64,000 nt of DNA from Marsupella aquatica (Eukaryota; Plantae; Marchantiophyta): assembly GCA_973895155.1 (NCBI GenBank), contig OZ316892.1, positions 22,731,168 through 22,795,167 of the forward strand, in the 5' to 3' direction. The translations under genes and the position numbers were made by a program. Below, piece by piece: positions 24,121 to 36,485 of the stretch. Every line of letters begins with the position of its first letter. Within the stretch, counting starts at the first letter, position 1. The notes under the pieces are model-generated. The model saw only the letters and a program-made list of their open reading frames with translations, was not told the DNA's origin and made no database searches.

Positions 24121-24585
24121 ACAAAGTGCATTCCAGAAAATGCAGCAAAGGAAGTCCAACAGTTGCTGAATTTATCTGAATCACAGTTGAATACTTTGAT
24201 TCATGAGCTAAACGAAACTCATGAAGATCCAATTCTTGCAATTCAGGTGAATCCTGATTGGATTAGTATCTATGGTGAGGAAATGGCTGCCAATGTTCTG
24301 GATTTTATTGCACAGTTTCAGATGCCTCAAAACAGGAGGAGAGAACCTCATGGTGGGTATCATTTTTTGTTTCATTTCAACTATTCCTCTGACATCTCAA
24401 AATGTCGTGAAGAAACAATGGTGCAGTTTCCGGAGGCATTTGAGCTGAGTCCTAGAGGTAATGCTTTCGCTACTGCTCGTGGAGCAGTTGGTGTCACTAG
24501 TATTCCTTTGGCCCGTTGTGCCATTGTGCACAAGCTTGCAACGCGCATGGACGATGTGCAAAAGTATGATTTTTTTTACTTTTGA
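24120..24585 (+). other. Unassigned open frame or possible exon
   Basis: About 155 codons of protein-like composition following a plausible acceptor (ttgtgttgacag). No family recognised. Confidence 0.25.
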
Positions 24586-25149
24586 TTAGCGCAGATGTAC
24601 TTGAGTAGATTGTGCGCTGTCCATGGCGGCGGCACTTGTGGTAGGGCACCGTTGTGACATTCAAAGAATTTCGTCTTTCAACACTGAGCAGGAAAAATTC
24701 TCTGAGATCTTGGGGTATAGAGACAACGAGTTACTGTTTTGTGTTTTGTTCCCACAGGGTGACCATTGACATGTGCATTTTGAAAGACACTTACAAAAAG
24801 TGTACCAATTTAATTCGTTTTTGCAGAAGCACTACTGCACATATTCAAATTGAGTTCAGTCTCGGATTATGCCCCCCGTTGTTTGCCTACCTTGTTTTAG
24901 GGACTTGGGAATCTGGGTTTCTTTTCCAAGGTGCAAATGTATTGCAAATCCTAGATTCCTTTTACATTTGCAATACATTTGCAAATGCTGTGCATTTCAT
25001 TCTCTTTTACAAAGCATCAAAATCCATAGTCCTTTATAAGCAGTTCGTCAAAGCGATTTGCAAAGGAGGATAGACAGCCGGGTTAAACTTGTGGCAAGCC
25101 TTTTTCTCGAGCTGTAAAATCCAGCTCAATTATTTGTGGCAAAATGAAT

Positions 25150-25530
25150 CAGAGCTATATTCACAAACACGACCAATTCAAATCCATCAAACAAGTCCCA
25201 AAATAACAGTGCTTCCCTATGCTGAGCCATATTCACAACCATTACCAATCCAAAAACCCATCCAGCATACTAAGTCCCAAAATACCAAACCCATCACACA
25301 CAAGTCCAATTCAAAAACCCATCCATCAACAAGTCCCTCTAAAACCCATCCAGCATACTAAGTCCCAATATACCAAACCCATCACACACAAGACCAATTC
25401 AAAAACCCATCCATCAAACAAGTCCCAAAATAACCGTGCTTCCCTATGCTAAGCCATATTCACAAACACTACCAATTCGAAAACCCATCCAGCATACTAA
25501 GTCCCAAAATACCAATGCTTCCCTATGCTG
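25150..25530. repeat. C/A-rich degenerate minisatellite
   Basis: aaaacccatccagcatactaagtcccaaaatacca recurs three times and acaagtcccaaaataac.gtgcttccctatgct recurs twice. Confidence 0.8.
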
Positions 25531-26132
25531 CAGTTCCACAATGTCTTGCAGCACCGAAACAGAATTTGACCCCAAGGCTGCCATCTCTCGTCTCTCACAT
25601 AACAACGTTCTTAAACGGTCAGCCTGAATTGCTCCCTCCACGAATCTGTCTGTCTGTCACTATTATGAATAAATCACGTTCCCAATTGACTCACAAACTG
25701 GGTTCGAGGTCCCCGGAATTGCAACGTGGTCGGGATATGAAAGGGAACCTACGGCGTCGGCCTCTGCTTGAGCTCGTGTGGATTTTTACAAATGACTGCT
25801 CTGAACAGACGAGGAAGTCACATTCACAAAGAAATTGACAAAACCAGGATGATAATATCTCCAGAATGGGAAGCGACTGTAACCTCGTCTTCAATTGCTG
25901 ATGATTTTCACAAATCACTAATCAGCACTGACATTTGTAGTCACATTCAGGGATGAGCTTGAGCTTATCAGCAAAATAACATCTCGAATCCCACATCAGA
26001 ATGCTTCAGATTAAAAAACGCCTGAGGCAAACCAATGTGATGCTTCAATCACAACCTTGTCACTAAATACTACCATAGTTCAGCCGGATTCTTTCCCAAA
26101 ATTTTAACAATAGAATCCCTTTTTCCAAATTT

Positions 26133-27012
26133 CTACATGGCCTCGATTTCCTTGCCAACGAAAGGCTTTGAAGAAAACTCCTCTTCATTTGGAGCGTGGA
26201 TGGTCACCATATCTGGAAGGGGGGTCATGGGCCCTAATTTGGACTTTAATTCCGGAGACACCCTGCGTTGCCAGAGGTAAAATGCAAAAGGCATCAGATT
26301 TGATCGCTTTGCGGCACTTATCGCCCAAACCCACCAAAGTTTAATCACAAAACAGAAGGCCAAAACTGTCAGAGGAAGTTCAACAAATGACCCGGCATAC
26401 CTGTCGGAGCAGTAAGTCTGACAGCAGAGTCGACGTATTCATTAACGGGTTATCCAAATGAGATCATGTAGCCATCCTTGAATTTCATTGACTTTGCCCT
26501 TTGAGCTCTCAGCTTGCCACTGACGATCACCTATCGCGAAACAAGTCTGTGTTACATACTCTTGCAATAGCCTAGTGTCACAAATTAGGACAAACAAGAT
26601 CAAGTTACATACCTCACAGGCCTTTGCCCCTGATTCCATGATGAACCGCAAGACAGTATAGTATGTCCTGCACACGGAGGATCACACTAAGACATTGCAA
26701 AACACTCTCGAGGGCTCATTTGCAATTGATCGTTTGAGCCACATATTCACTCAACACAGCAACAACACCATCAAACCCATTGATAATAAGCAGGGAGATC
26801 TTGAGCTGGGAAATAAGCAATGGATAAAGGCATATACCTCCGGACTGCGAGACCCTAGAAGAGCCTGTAGTGCAAAGACTCTGCCTGTGCAATGGCGCAG
26901 GACCATCCTTGTTCACCTTCTTGGTATACAACTCAACGGTGCCTTCTGGAAAATTGAAATCTTCTGCACGACCAAGGTCAACACATGAATTCTCCGGCCC
27001 TTCTCACCTGGA
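26133..27012 (-). pseudogene. RPS3: 40S ribosomal protein S3 pseudogene, 5'-truncated, introns retained
   Basis: GEKGRRI..LT.VVQK/FNFPEGTVELY..KVN..G/CAIAQAESL, then [50 protein letters not shown] and LGPMTPLPDMVTIH. These blocks are separated by GT-AG intron-like sequences and carry frameshifts and a stop. Confidence 0.9.
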
Positions 27013-27799
27013 CCCAGCGCCCCCACCACAGCTCAGTTGCTTGCCTGCACTTACATGGTCAGCGTCAACCTGAAAATTAACGGCAGCAAAAAGAACCAGC
27101 AGACGAAGAAAAAACGTACATACCCTCTGAGTAGATATGGTACATCGTCCTGCTTTTGTTGTGCTGATCATTGCGTGATCTATGGTGATCTGTGGAAAAT
27201 TGCAGGTCTACTCTACAAACGTGTTTCAATTTTAGCATCCTGGGAAAGCGAACCCGAATGATCTACCAGGGATCTGTACTTGTTGATCTGTTTCAGCTCA
27301 ATTAATCGAGGAGATAATTTGCTTACAATCAGATCATGATTTCCCAGTTTGGAGCGAAGCAAAATAAATCTTATCGTGGCCCTTTTTGGGCTGCCCTCTC
27401 TGTTGTTCTCAGTTATTTAATTGGACATGGTTGCATCCCTTTCTGGGCTGCACTCTCTGTTGTTCTCAGTTGTTTCATTGGACATAAACTGAGTTTCTTG
27501 AAGACGCAAAAATTGCGAGCTGGTGAGGACTCGTCCAAATCACCACGAGTATCTGTGTCAGAGAAACTGGAACTCGAGGTTCATACTGCAACATGGAATC
27601 TCTACCCTGGCTTCATGTAATATGAAAGACAACCTCCCATCCATTCAAGCTTGGGTCTTCATCTTATGAAATTCTTGGAAAGAAAGGCCTTTGTTTTCAT
27701 ATGTGGATGGATTATTTTGCATGGCTTTGAGCCCCTGCCATCTCTCAACTTTTCCCCAAAAATGTCGGAGCATTAACCTTGACGTTCCCTTTGTTTGTG

Positions 27800-30160
27800 A
27801 TCGAAGATGTCAGGTGAAGGTGAATGACAGTGTCTATGAACTTCACAGACCAGAAGGTACTCCCAGCATGCAAGTTCTCTCTTTCCATGGCCTACAAATG
27901 GCGGATATCTCTAATGAGCATTTTTGCACCTAGAAATCTGAGGATGGTTGTATTGTTTGGCCGCGTGAATGGTTGGTCCAGGAGTTTCCTCAAGCTCATA
28001 TATTTACTGCATCATACAATGAAGGCGTTAGAAACATGGACATGGTCATATTTAGGGAGAACTTGACCTCCGATTTGATAGATGGGAATATTGGGCATTG
28101 TGTAGGGGGTTGGTCATGAAGAAGATATGCTTGAACTTATGTGAGAACCTCTATTCAAGTAGCATTTCCGATGGCGAGAAGGCGAAACATGACACCTTTC
28201 TTGACAATTTGAGGGGAATATTCTATAATCCTACACCTCAATGTGGGAGCTCTGTTATTGGTAAAGTTCAAGATGGCCCTTTCTTCAACTTACTTTAAGC
28301 TTTTGAACCAAGATGCCGCACGATTGAATTCAAAGTTTGATCACCTATGGAAATTGTATCCGAAGTGGCAAGTCCACGGACTGGGGGAAAGTCTACCTAC
28401 AAAATTGGTATACATACATTCTCTTCCTTGTCTAATTAATGTGATCATCAGCTCTATGCAAATTGAGTGTCTAGCTTTGTCCCGACACAATTATAGACGT
28501 GCTTTGGGTGATGTCTGTTTGTGATTATTATTATTGTAAGCATTTAGCATCTAAAAGCAAATTGATGCTTACCATATGCCGTTTGTCGAGTCGGTCTGGT
28601 TTTGGACTCCATACACTCTGTAGGATTACTCTATATATTAATAGCAAAGTTTGTGGCCTTGATCAAGAATAGTTGCTGACAAATGAAGACGTATTCCAGT
28701 ACTGTTTCCAGAATCTTATGAATTATTGGCTCATCCTTGTTCTGCCATGGCCTGTTTCAATGTGTTGTGGCTGTACCAGAAGCTTCTTCAAGAGAGGGGG
28801 AGGTGTTTAATGTAGTTAAAGCGGACCATAATTTCATCTGTCAGCCGCGTGATAGAAAAGACCTGAGGTTTTTATGCCCTGAAAACGTTACCACAAGGAT
28901 GAAGGTGAGTAGTCTGAATGGTTGTGTTGCAAGAGGATCCGATGGTCTTAGTCATTGCTGCAGTTTTGGTTGATTGTGAGCTTTCTGCTCTGTCCAGAGC
29001 TGAACCCCAATTTGATCTCTCACATGAAATCCAATTTTGATCCCCGCTTTGTTGTTAGAAAATCAGGAAGAAGAAGCCATGGTGCGGGAACAAATAAATG
29101 TGCAAGACCCTCGTCCACAAAGCTTCCAACGTTTGCCCCAAGAACAGATAAGTATCGACGCTAAAATGGAAGAAATAATGGGCAAATTGGATGATGCAAT
29201 GATAGTGGGTTTGGTAGGGATTGGGGGATTGGGAAAGACTACCCTTGCCATGGCAGTGTTCAACGCTTTGGGCTCCAGATTTGAATATACTTGCTTTGTA
29301 CAGGATGTAAAGTGGATCACAGGGGGAGAAGGTACTGTGAAGGGTGTAGTGTGGGACCACCTGTACTGGAATGGCAAGAATGTTGAAGGAAACAGAAACT
29401 GGTCTAACCTTACACGCAAAACGTTTTTGCTTGTTTTAGATGACATCTCTTATTGTGAAGAGAGAGTTTTGTTGGACTTGGCGGATGATCTAGCTGCAAA
29501 AAGTTGATTCATTGTGATATCTCATGATCAACAGCTTTTGAAAAGCATGGGTGAAGTTTATCTGTCCCTTTTTTTAACAAGAATAGTGCCCAAGTGTTGT
29601 TCAAGGAACATGCATTTCCAAACCTAGAAAACCACCCAAGAACTTGGAAAGCCTTATAGAATCCATTATTGAGACGTGTGATGGGTTGCCTTTAACACTG
29701 AAAGTTCTAGGAAAGTTTTTGCAGAAGAAAAAACAAGTATGAAGATTGGGAGCAGACACTCAGTGATTGGAGAAAGGAGAGGATGTGAGTAACCTTAATG
29801 AGAGATTGTGGACTAAGCTACAAGTGAGCTGTGATGATCTTAGGCCAAAGGAGAAGCAAACTGTTTCTAGATGCTACCACTTTCTTTGCTAGTGGGCCAT
29901 GGACTCTGCAAGATGCCCTAGCTGCATGGACGGTAGCCTATGAAAACAACCAGTTAAAGGTTGCTATGGCAAACATTGGTGGACAAATCTCTTGTTTACT
30001 TGGTTGAAGTACATGAACACTTCAAAATACACAAACAACCATGGTAGTTGGGAGAAAGGATAGCAGTGGAACCAAGTAATCATGACAAATACAGAGTTTG
30101 GAGCAGCGAGGAGGGCTTGGAGATGCTACAAACTACCAATGAGTTCGATGGAAAGGTAAA
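27800..30160 (+). pseudogene. Alpha/beta-hydrolase-NB-ARC (HNL-type) NLR pseudogene; no LRR visible
   Basis: Hydrolase-like blocks SFHGLQ, WP.EWLVQEFPQAHIFTASY, GLVMKKIC, FLDNLRGIFY..TP..GS, VPEASSR and ADHNFICQP. Then P-loop IVGLVGIGGLGKTTLA, kinase-2 LLVLDDI, RNBS-B S*FIVIS, CDGLPLTLKVLG and RNBS-D-like FLDA..FF. Several stops and frameshifts. Confidence 0.8.
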
Positions 30161-31801
30161 TTGGATTGGCATAGATTAGACATAAGTCTCATTTTTCTTG
30201 TCCCTTTCCTTCCCCTCTGTCAACTATTAAACTAGTTCTTCTCCTCTTTGTCTACTCCCTCTCTGTGTCTGCTGTCTTTGTTTGACCTCCCTCAGTTGGT
30301 CTCAGATTGTGGCAAATAGGCCCTAGCTATGACGTGGTGAGAAACTGGCTAATGAAACCCAATAACTGGCAAATTTTCACCAGAAGTGGTGAAGGTTTGT
30401 GGACAAGGTGAGTGTTAAGTTTACTATATTAGGGCGTCTCAAAGTTCAAAAGTCGAGGATAGCTATGACTGTTAAGTTTACTATATTAGGGAGTCTCAAA
30501 GTTGAGGATGATGACTTTTGGCCATAGACAAATGGTCATAGCTTTTGCTTAGGGTTACGTAAAAGATTTTATTTCTTTGTTTTCACTAGCCTCTACAATG
30601 ACTTATGGTCATGGCATATGTCCAATTTTTATGGCAAAAAGTTATGGATTATGAATTTGGTAATCCATAATTTTCTGTCCACAACCTTAACTTAGTAGTT
30701 GAGGTCCATCAATTTTGAAGCTGTGAGACACCCTATTCAATTCACCACATGGCAAATGTTATCTTGTGTGAAGGAGAAAATACTAGATATATTCTTTGTT
30801 TCAATTTCCTATATTTGTCGTGAGCATTTGATCTCCTGAAGGAAAGCCACCCCAGGACCCATTAGACTGTGGCTAACAGGCCCTCTGACTTTGTGGAAAA
30901 CTGGCTAATGAAATCTAAAAACTATGGGAAATTTCTACCAAATGTGGCAAAGTTTTTTGGACAAGGTGAAATTTGGTGAGACTTTGCCGTCTAAAACTGT
31001 TGAGTTGGCCTATCCCTTTGAGCTATACTCTGGCATCGGATTCTTCCTAAACCCTTTGCTCAGATAGGATTCTTAAACTTGCAGGGGGTACATGTCCAAA
31101 CATCATTTTCTCTGGGATGACATGGACCTAGAATAAATAAGTTGGAATTTCCTACAAAGTCCCATCCAAGTTTAGAGGTTAAATGGAGATTATAGACCTT
31201 TGGCGGTCATTTTATCAAAGTTTTTTTAAAAACTTAAATCAAAGTTGATGCTAGAAGACCACAACTACAGCAGGGCGTCTCAAACCTGCTCTTCCCCAGA
31301 TTTTTTTGGTCAGCTGCTGTGGGAGATTCCGTCCGTGACCTTGACTAAAACCCAATTTCTGGGCAAACTTCACCTAGGGGATTTTCGGGTTGAGATGGGT
31401 CACAACACCAGCCCATGGGTCAAATCAACTTGGTCAGTTTTCTTAAGGGCACTGATGCATTTTCATGAACCAATTCTAGGTGGGAATACTGGTGCACTGA
31501 CCACTTGATTGAGTTAGTGCATGGCGGTGGTGCTTGGGGAATTGTAAATTTTGACCCAATCTGGCCCGCAACATTATGGTGATGGAAAACCTGCACACAA
31601 CAGCCGGTTTGAGGCCCCAAGTAGATCATCTGTTGAGCTAACTACAATAGCTAGATAGGGGGTCTCAAACCTCAAAATTTGACCTTAAGTTAGTAGTTAA
31701 GCTAGGGACAGAACTATATGAAGGTAGTATTCATAAAGTCCATGCCTTTTTCTGTCCCTTTGATATGAAATGGGCCAAGCAGCCTATTGAAATAAGCCAA
31801 A

Positions 31802-31937
31802 CTTCAAATAGTCTGCAAAACTCCCTACGAAAACGAGCACAAGCCCGAGTTAAGGCAGACAATTATATTTCGAATAGTCTGCAAAACTCCCTACTAAAAC
31901 AAGCACATGCCCCAGTTAAGGCAGACAATTATATTGC
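31802..31937. repeat. 69-bp tandem duplication upstream of MED30
   Basis: aatagtctgcaaaactcccta...agttaaggcagacaattatatt occurs twice. Confidence 0.85.
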
Positions 31938-32009
31938 ACCTAGTGTAGTGGGTCGAACGCTACTGCAGCTGCCACTGCAGCCGATGGATAGAACGAACAG
32001 GCAGAGAGA

Positions 32010-32495
32010 AAACAGGGAAGGACCACCGAGGAGAGCGAGTTTGCGTCCATCTACTTCTTCTTCTTGTTTTTGTTCTTGTTCCTCAGCAGCTGACAAAAAG
32101 CACGGAAGGATCAACGAGGGAGAGTTGCATCCTCATACTCCTCTTCTTCTTCTTCTTCAGCAGGCAGACTGAAAACAGGGAACTATCATCGAAGGAGAGT
32201 GACTTTTCATTCTCTCACTTCTTCTTCTTCTTCTTCTTCTTCAGCAGCAGCAGCAGACAAACGCAGGGACGGATCATCTAGGGAGAGTGAGTTTGGATTC
32301 TCATACTTCTTCTTCTTCAGCGGACAGAAAACAGTCAAGGATCATCCAGGGAGAGTGACTTTTCATCCTCATACTTCTTTTTCTTCTTCCTCTTCAGCAG
32401 CAGCAGGCAAAACACAAGGAAGGATCATCGAGGGAGAGCGAGTTGGCTTCTTCTTCTTCTTCTTCTTCTTCTTCTTCTTCTTCTTCTTCAGCAGC
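32010..32495. repeat. Compound repeat: about five degenerate units, each a (CTT)n tract plus CAGCAG..GGATCATC.AGGGAGAG
   Basis: CTT tracts at about 32054, 32142, 32218, 32306, 32374 and 32447-32489, separated by similar purine-rich spacers. Confidence 0.75.
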
Positions 32496-32810
32496 GGCAA
32501 ACGGTGGAGAGTTTTGCCAGTAACCCACTATCCTTTTAACCTGTCTAGAGCTGGTTGGAAGGAGGAAGAGGAAGATTGGGGTCAGGGTTTAGGGGTTTTC
32601 ATCTAGAGCTGTTGTTTGTAGTGAGAAAGAGGAGATGAGAGGGAGATGTAGAAAGAAAGGGACGGAGAGTTAGTTTGCATCCTCATACCTCTTCTCGGGT
32701 TGCAGCAGCAAACATTAGAGAGAATTGTCAGCAACCCACTAGCTTCCCCTGTTGTCAAGAGCTGTTTAGAGGGAGGAGAAGGAGAGAGAGAGAGAGCGAT
32801 CAGAAGGAGG

Positions 32811-34871
32811 ATGGAAGATGGGGGTCAGGAATTGTCGCCGGAGAGTGGCTTGAGCTTGCAGGATCAAGCGGCGGAGGGGCAGAGGTTTTTGGAGGGCACG
32901 GTGGAAGCAGCGCATGAGATCCTGGCGTCCCTGGACGAGGTTCTTGGGAACCCGCTCTTGTGGGCTCAGCCTGCTCCCTCTCCTGCAGGCGATGCGAGCG
33001 GTAGGGTGCTTGGAGGAGGCGTGCCACAGCAGGAGCAGGGCTGGGTTGCGTTGGAATCAGGCCGCTTGCGCTACAAGTCCACCTCTGCTGCTCTCCGTGC
33101 TGCCATCACGTCTATCTTCAACCATCCCGGGGTCAGTGTTCAATTTCTCTCTTAATTTGGCTTCCACCTCTGAAGGGCCTTTGCCACTGTCTTAGAAATT
33201 GTAGCAATCTAGGGAATATGTTTCAGCCCACCTTTCTCTATCGGAAGATACAATAGCAGTCATAAAGGTAATGTTTTCAATCATCCTAGGAGAGTTATCT
33301 AATTTCCCTCCCTCCCGGCTCTTCGCCTCTGGTCCTTGCTTCTGTTGGACTCACAGGATGGGACTCACAGGACATGCATCCTCCAAACGACCATTCCCAG
33401 GGAAGAATTTTCGGGAAACTAATTTAGTCGGGTGTAGTTGGGTCCTCTGTGTGCTTAAATCTAACTTGAAGAGGGTCACTGGTTTAGGAACTTGGACCGA
33501 CGAGACATTGAAATCTGACTTGAAGAGGGTCACTGGTTTAGGAACTTGGACTGACGAGACATGAAACCCCCAGGAGTACGGTTTCGAATTCCCCAAGGAG
33601 TATGGCATGTTCTGAAAATTTTCTCCACGCAGGTTTAGTTTGTGGACCCAGGTCTATTTGAGTACGCCGTGTGTAGAATTCAATGGTTGGACATGCGTAA
33701 ATGAGGCATGGACGCAAACAATGTTGTTCTGGACTTCTGTTGAGTTGTCCCTGTATACGCTGGCCCCACGAAGTACCAATATGGGGGAGATGCGCACCTT
33801 ACATGCCTCTTCAAGATAGAATGACAATAAGACTTAGTTGAATTAGAGAATGCAGAATCTAAGACCTCAACACGGCGTTGAGTGGGTCTGTCTAGATGGC
33901 GGCAGTGGGATTGAGCATCCATGACTGAGGCACGGTAGCTTACACTGCATTTTTGGCCGTGTTGGTCCCTGCAGATGAGACTGCAGGAGGGTGATTCTGC
34001 GAAAGAGAAGGGCCCAGCCGTTGACCTACACCAGTTGGAACTTCGAGCAGCTCAATTGAGAGAGGTATGCATAATTCTTCACTAATTAGGAACGAAATTA
34101 TGTGTTGTGGGCTAAATAATCATATACCAGTGCTAGGTTAAAGCTGGGTCTTATCCTGCTCTCGAGAAGTTGCATGTTTATAATGCTGTGCACAGTCATC
34201 GTATTCCTATCTCCGCCCTTGACTTTTTCTGTTGTGATAGTGTTAACAAGAACGAGGGAGTGCATGACACTGTTCTGTACATTTGCCTATGCGCAACGTC
34301 CAAGGACCCACAGAAATAGACGTTATCGTAATTTGAATATCGAGGAGGATATCGTTGGCAGAAATGCACAACAATGTAAGAAAGGAAATGCAAGACATAC
34401 CGAAAAATGATCATTTCATAATTCGAATGTTGGGCATTGGAAGTTAGACCCTGAGCTTAACATTCGAATTATGAATGCTCATTGTTGGGCCTTAAATAAA
34501 AATTATATATTCCGTCATAGATATCTTTTGTGCCAAACCAAAATTGTTCCTCTCTTCCCTCGAGATCAGGTTGACCCGAGAGACGCATGTCAAGGACGTT
34601 ATACAAGCTTAGCATGTGCAGGTTGCTAGTAATATTGTCATAATCATGTGAAGGGATGCCTGGTGTATGTGGGAGCAATTCTGGTGTCTGGGAACTGTAC
34701 ACAAGAAGAAGGTTCTGATTGTTAGCGGTCACATGTTCTCATTTCTTTCCCACTTGTGGCCTATGTATCGAACAGGAGGCTGCGAAGAAAAACCAGATGC
34801 TGAAGCTTGTGATTGATCAGTCCCGCGAGCTCGTGAGCGATATATCTATGTGGCAAACTGCAGAGTTATGA
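32811..34871 (+). CDS. MED30: Mediator of RNA polymerase II transcription subunit 30
   Basis: Exons 32811-33131, 33975-34064 and 34776-34871 (phase 0, GT-AG) give EGQRFLEGTVEAAHEILASLDEVLGNPLLW...LESGRLRYKSTSAALRA...LELRAAQLRE-EAAKKNQMLKLVIDQSRELVSDISMWQ, matching plant MED30. Confidence 0.88.
33458..33561. repeat. Short tandem duplication in MED30 intron 1
   Basis: aaatct.acttgaagagggtcactggtttaggaacttggac.gacgagacat occurs twice. Confidence 0.85.
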
Positions 34872-36485
34872 CGGCACGTCCCGATTGAGTTCCATTATTG
34901 TCTTAAAGATTGGTATAATCGTCACACCAGGCTCAAGAAGAAATTGTCGCCTGCCAATTCACATTCTTTTCTTCATGGGCGATTTGAAGCAAGGGGTCAG
35001 CATCGAAGTACGGTTGTGACTGTGATGAAAAGAAAACGTTGGTCAGTTTGGCTGCGAGGTGTACATTACAAACCTCTGTGGAAATCCTCATTGCCAAGGA
35101 AGTTACATTTACATCTGCTCTGGTAATCTTCTTCTTGTAGTCCTGTAATCTGGGCATGCCTTCTCCACTCTAGCCAATAGTCACGGTGACATGCCCATTC
35201 TATGAGTCCGGTTGGGTAAACAGGACAAGAGAGTGGGAGCTGTCCTCGAGTGGCAAGTGGATTTACAGCCATGATACACCTCTCTTGTCGGGAGAGGAAT
35301 TGAGGTTGCCAAACGTTTAACTTCTGGATTGGAGAGTTCTGGTCACAACGCGCGCGCCCCCCCACCTCCCCCCCCCTTTTCCAAAACAAGTTCTTGCCCT
35401 TCTATTTCGAGTGGTACTTACTTTTCACTATGTACATTCTCAATCGATCAGAAGTCTACTACAGCCGAGGATTTCCAAAGTGGGCAAGTCAGATGACAGA
35501 GTGTATGCACAAATATCATTAGGTCATTTTTTGTGTGCTTGCATCTGTGGGCGCATTGATCATGCTGAGTTTTAATGAGTACTGCGAAATTAAGCCAAGT
35601 CATCCATTTTCTAAGGTTACGCCTAGATTTGGGGAATCCTCGAATAAATCCCGTTTTCTAGAAAATGAATAGTATCTTCTGCATTTGAAACAGAAGCACC
35701 GTCGAACTGTGGAAATGGCTGGGAAGCATGCGAGATATAGCCCCACTTTCCTATTGATTGATTGGACGGAACTGAAAGTAAGATATCTCAGGACCCAACT
35801 CCCAAGGAGGTTCTCACGTTCGGAGGTCGACCGCAAGGGGACTTTGAATTGAACTAACGCTGCTGATGGGGTGTGCCTTTAGGCAACGCGAGGGCAGGGT
35901 AGTGCTTTATTTCGTGTGCCTCGTGCATTGAACCTGCTCTTTTCCGTCAACGCTCTTGATATCATTGAGTTTTACGCAAAGCAGTTGATGTCACTGACAA
36001 AAAAAAATGGACAGTAGGTAATCATCCTGGGTTGTGCCTTGTCTTTGACGGCTTTGGTCATAGAATTCGCAGGGTGGGAATGCATGCACGGGTTCATCAA
36101 GAGGCTTGTGGTGTGGTGCATCTTCGGGAACTGCAGAAAGGATGAAGGATGGAGTTTCCATAGTTCAATCTATGTGATGGGATCCGTATTTTACTCTTTT
36201 CATTCATGTCAGCATCAGTGGGAAAGATTGGGTTCAGTGTTGTGGATTTTTGCTGCACTTCAATGGGTCACTTGCAACCCTTAACGAAACCCTTTCGACT
36301 GTGAAAGGACCTTGAGAAAGAGAAGGGACAGGGAGGAGTGATGCCGAACCCCGGGTGCCGAACTGAAGGGCAAGACGGGTCTTTTGGACAGACAAACTAA
36401 TCGTAACAGAGGTCCCTAAGAAGCTGTGTATCACGGAGCATCAGTCGTGGCCTTTTCTTCCGGAAGAGGAACAGAGGGAATACAG

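Noticed and set aside
29037-29507. TIR-NBS-LRR or bacterial STAND NTPase call
   Set aside because: The upstream sequence shows hydrolase-like motifs rather than TIR motifs, and the context is plant.
30290-31700. Possible LRR exons of the NLR or intact hAT MITEs
   Set aside because: No LxxLxL pattern is readable. TAGGG/CAGGG..TCTCAAA ends and duplicated blocks indicate decayed repeats, but no matching TSD could be established.
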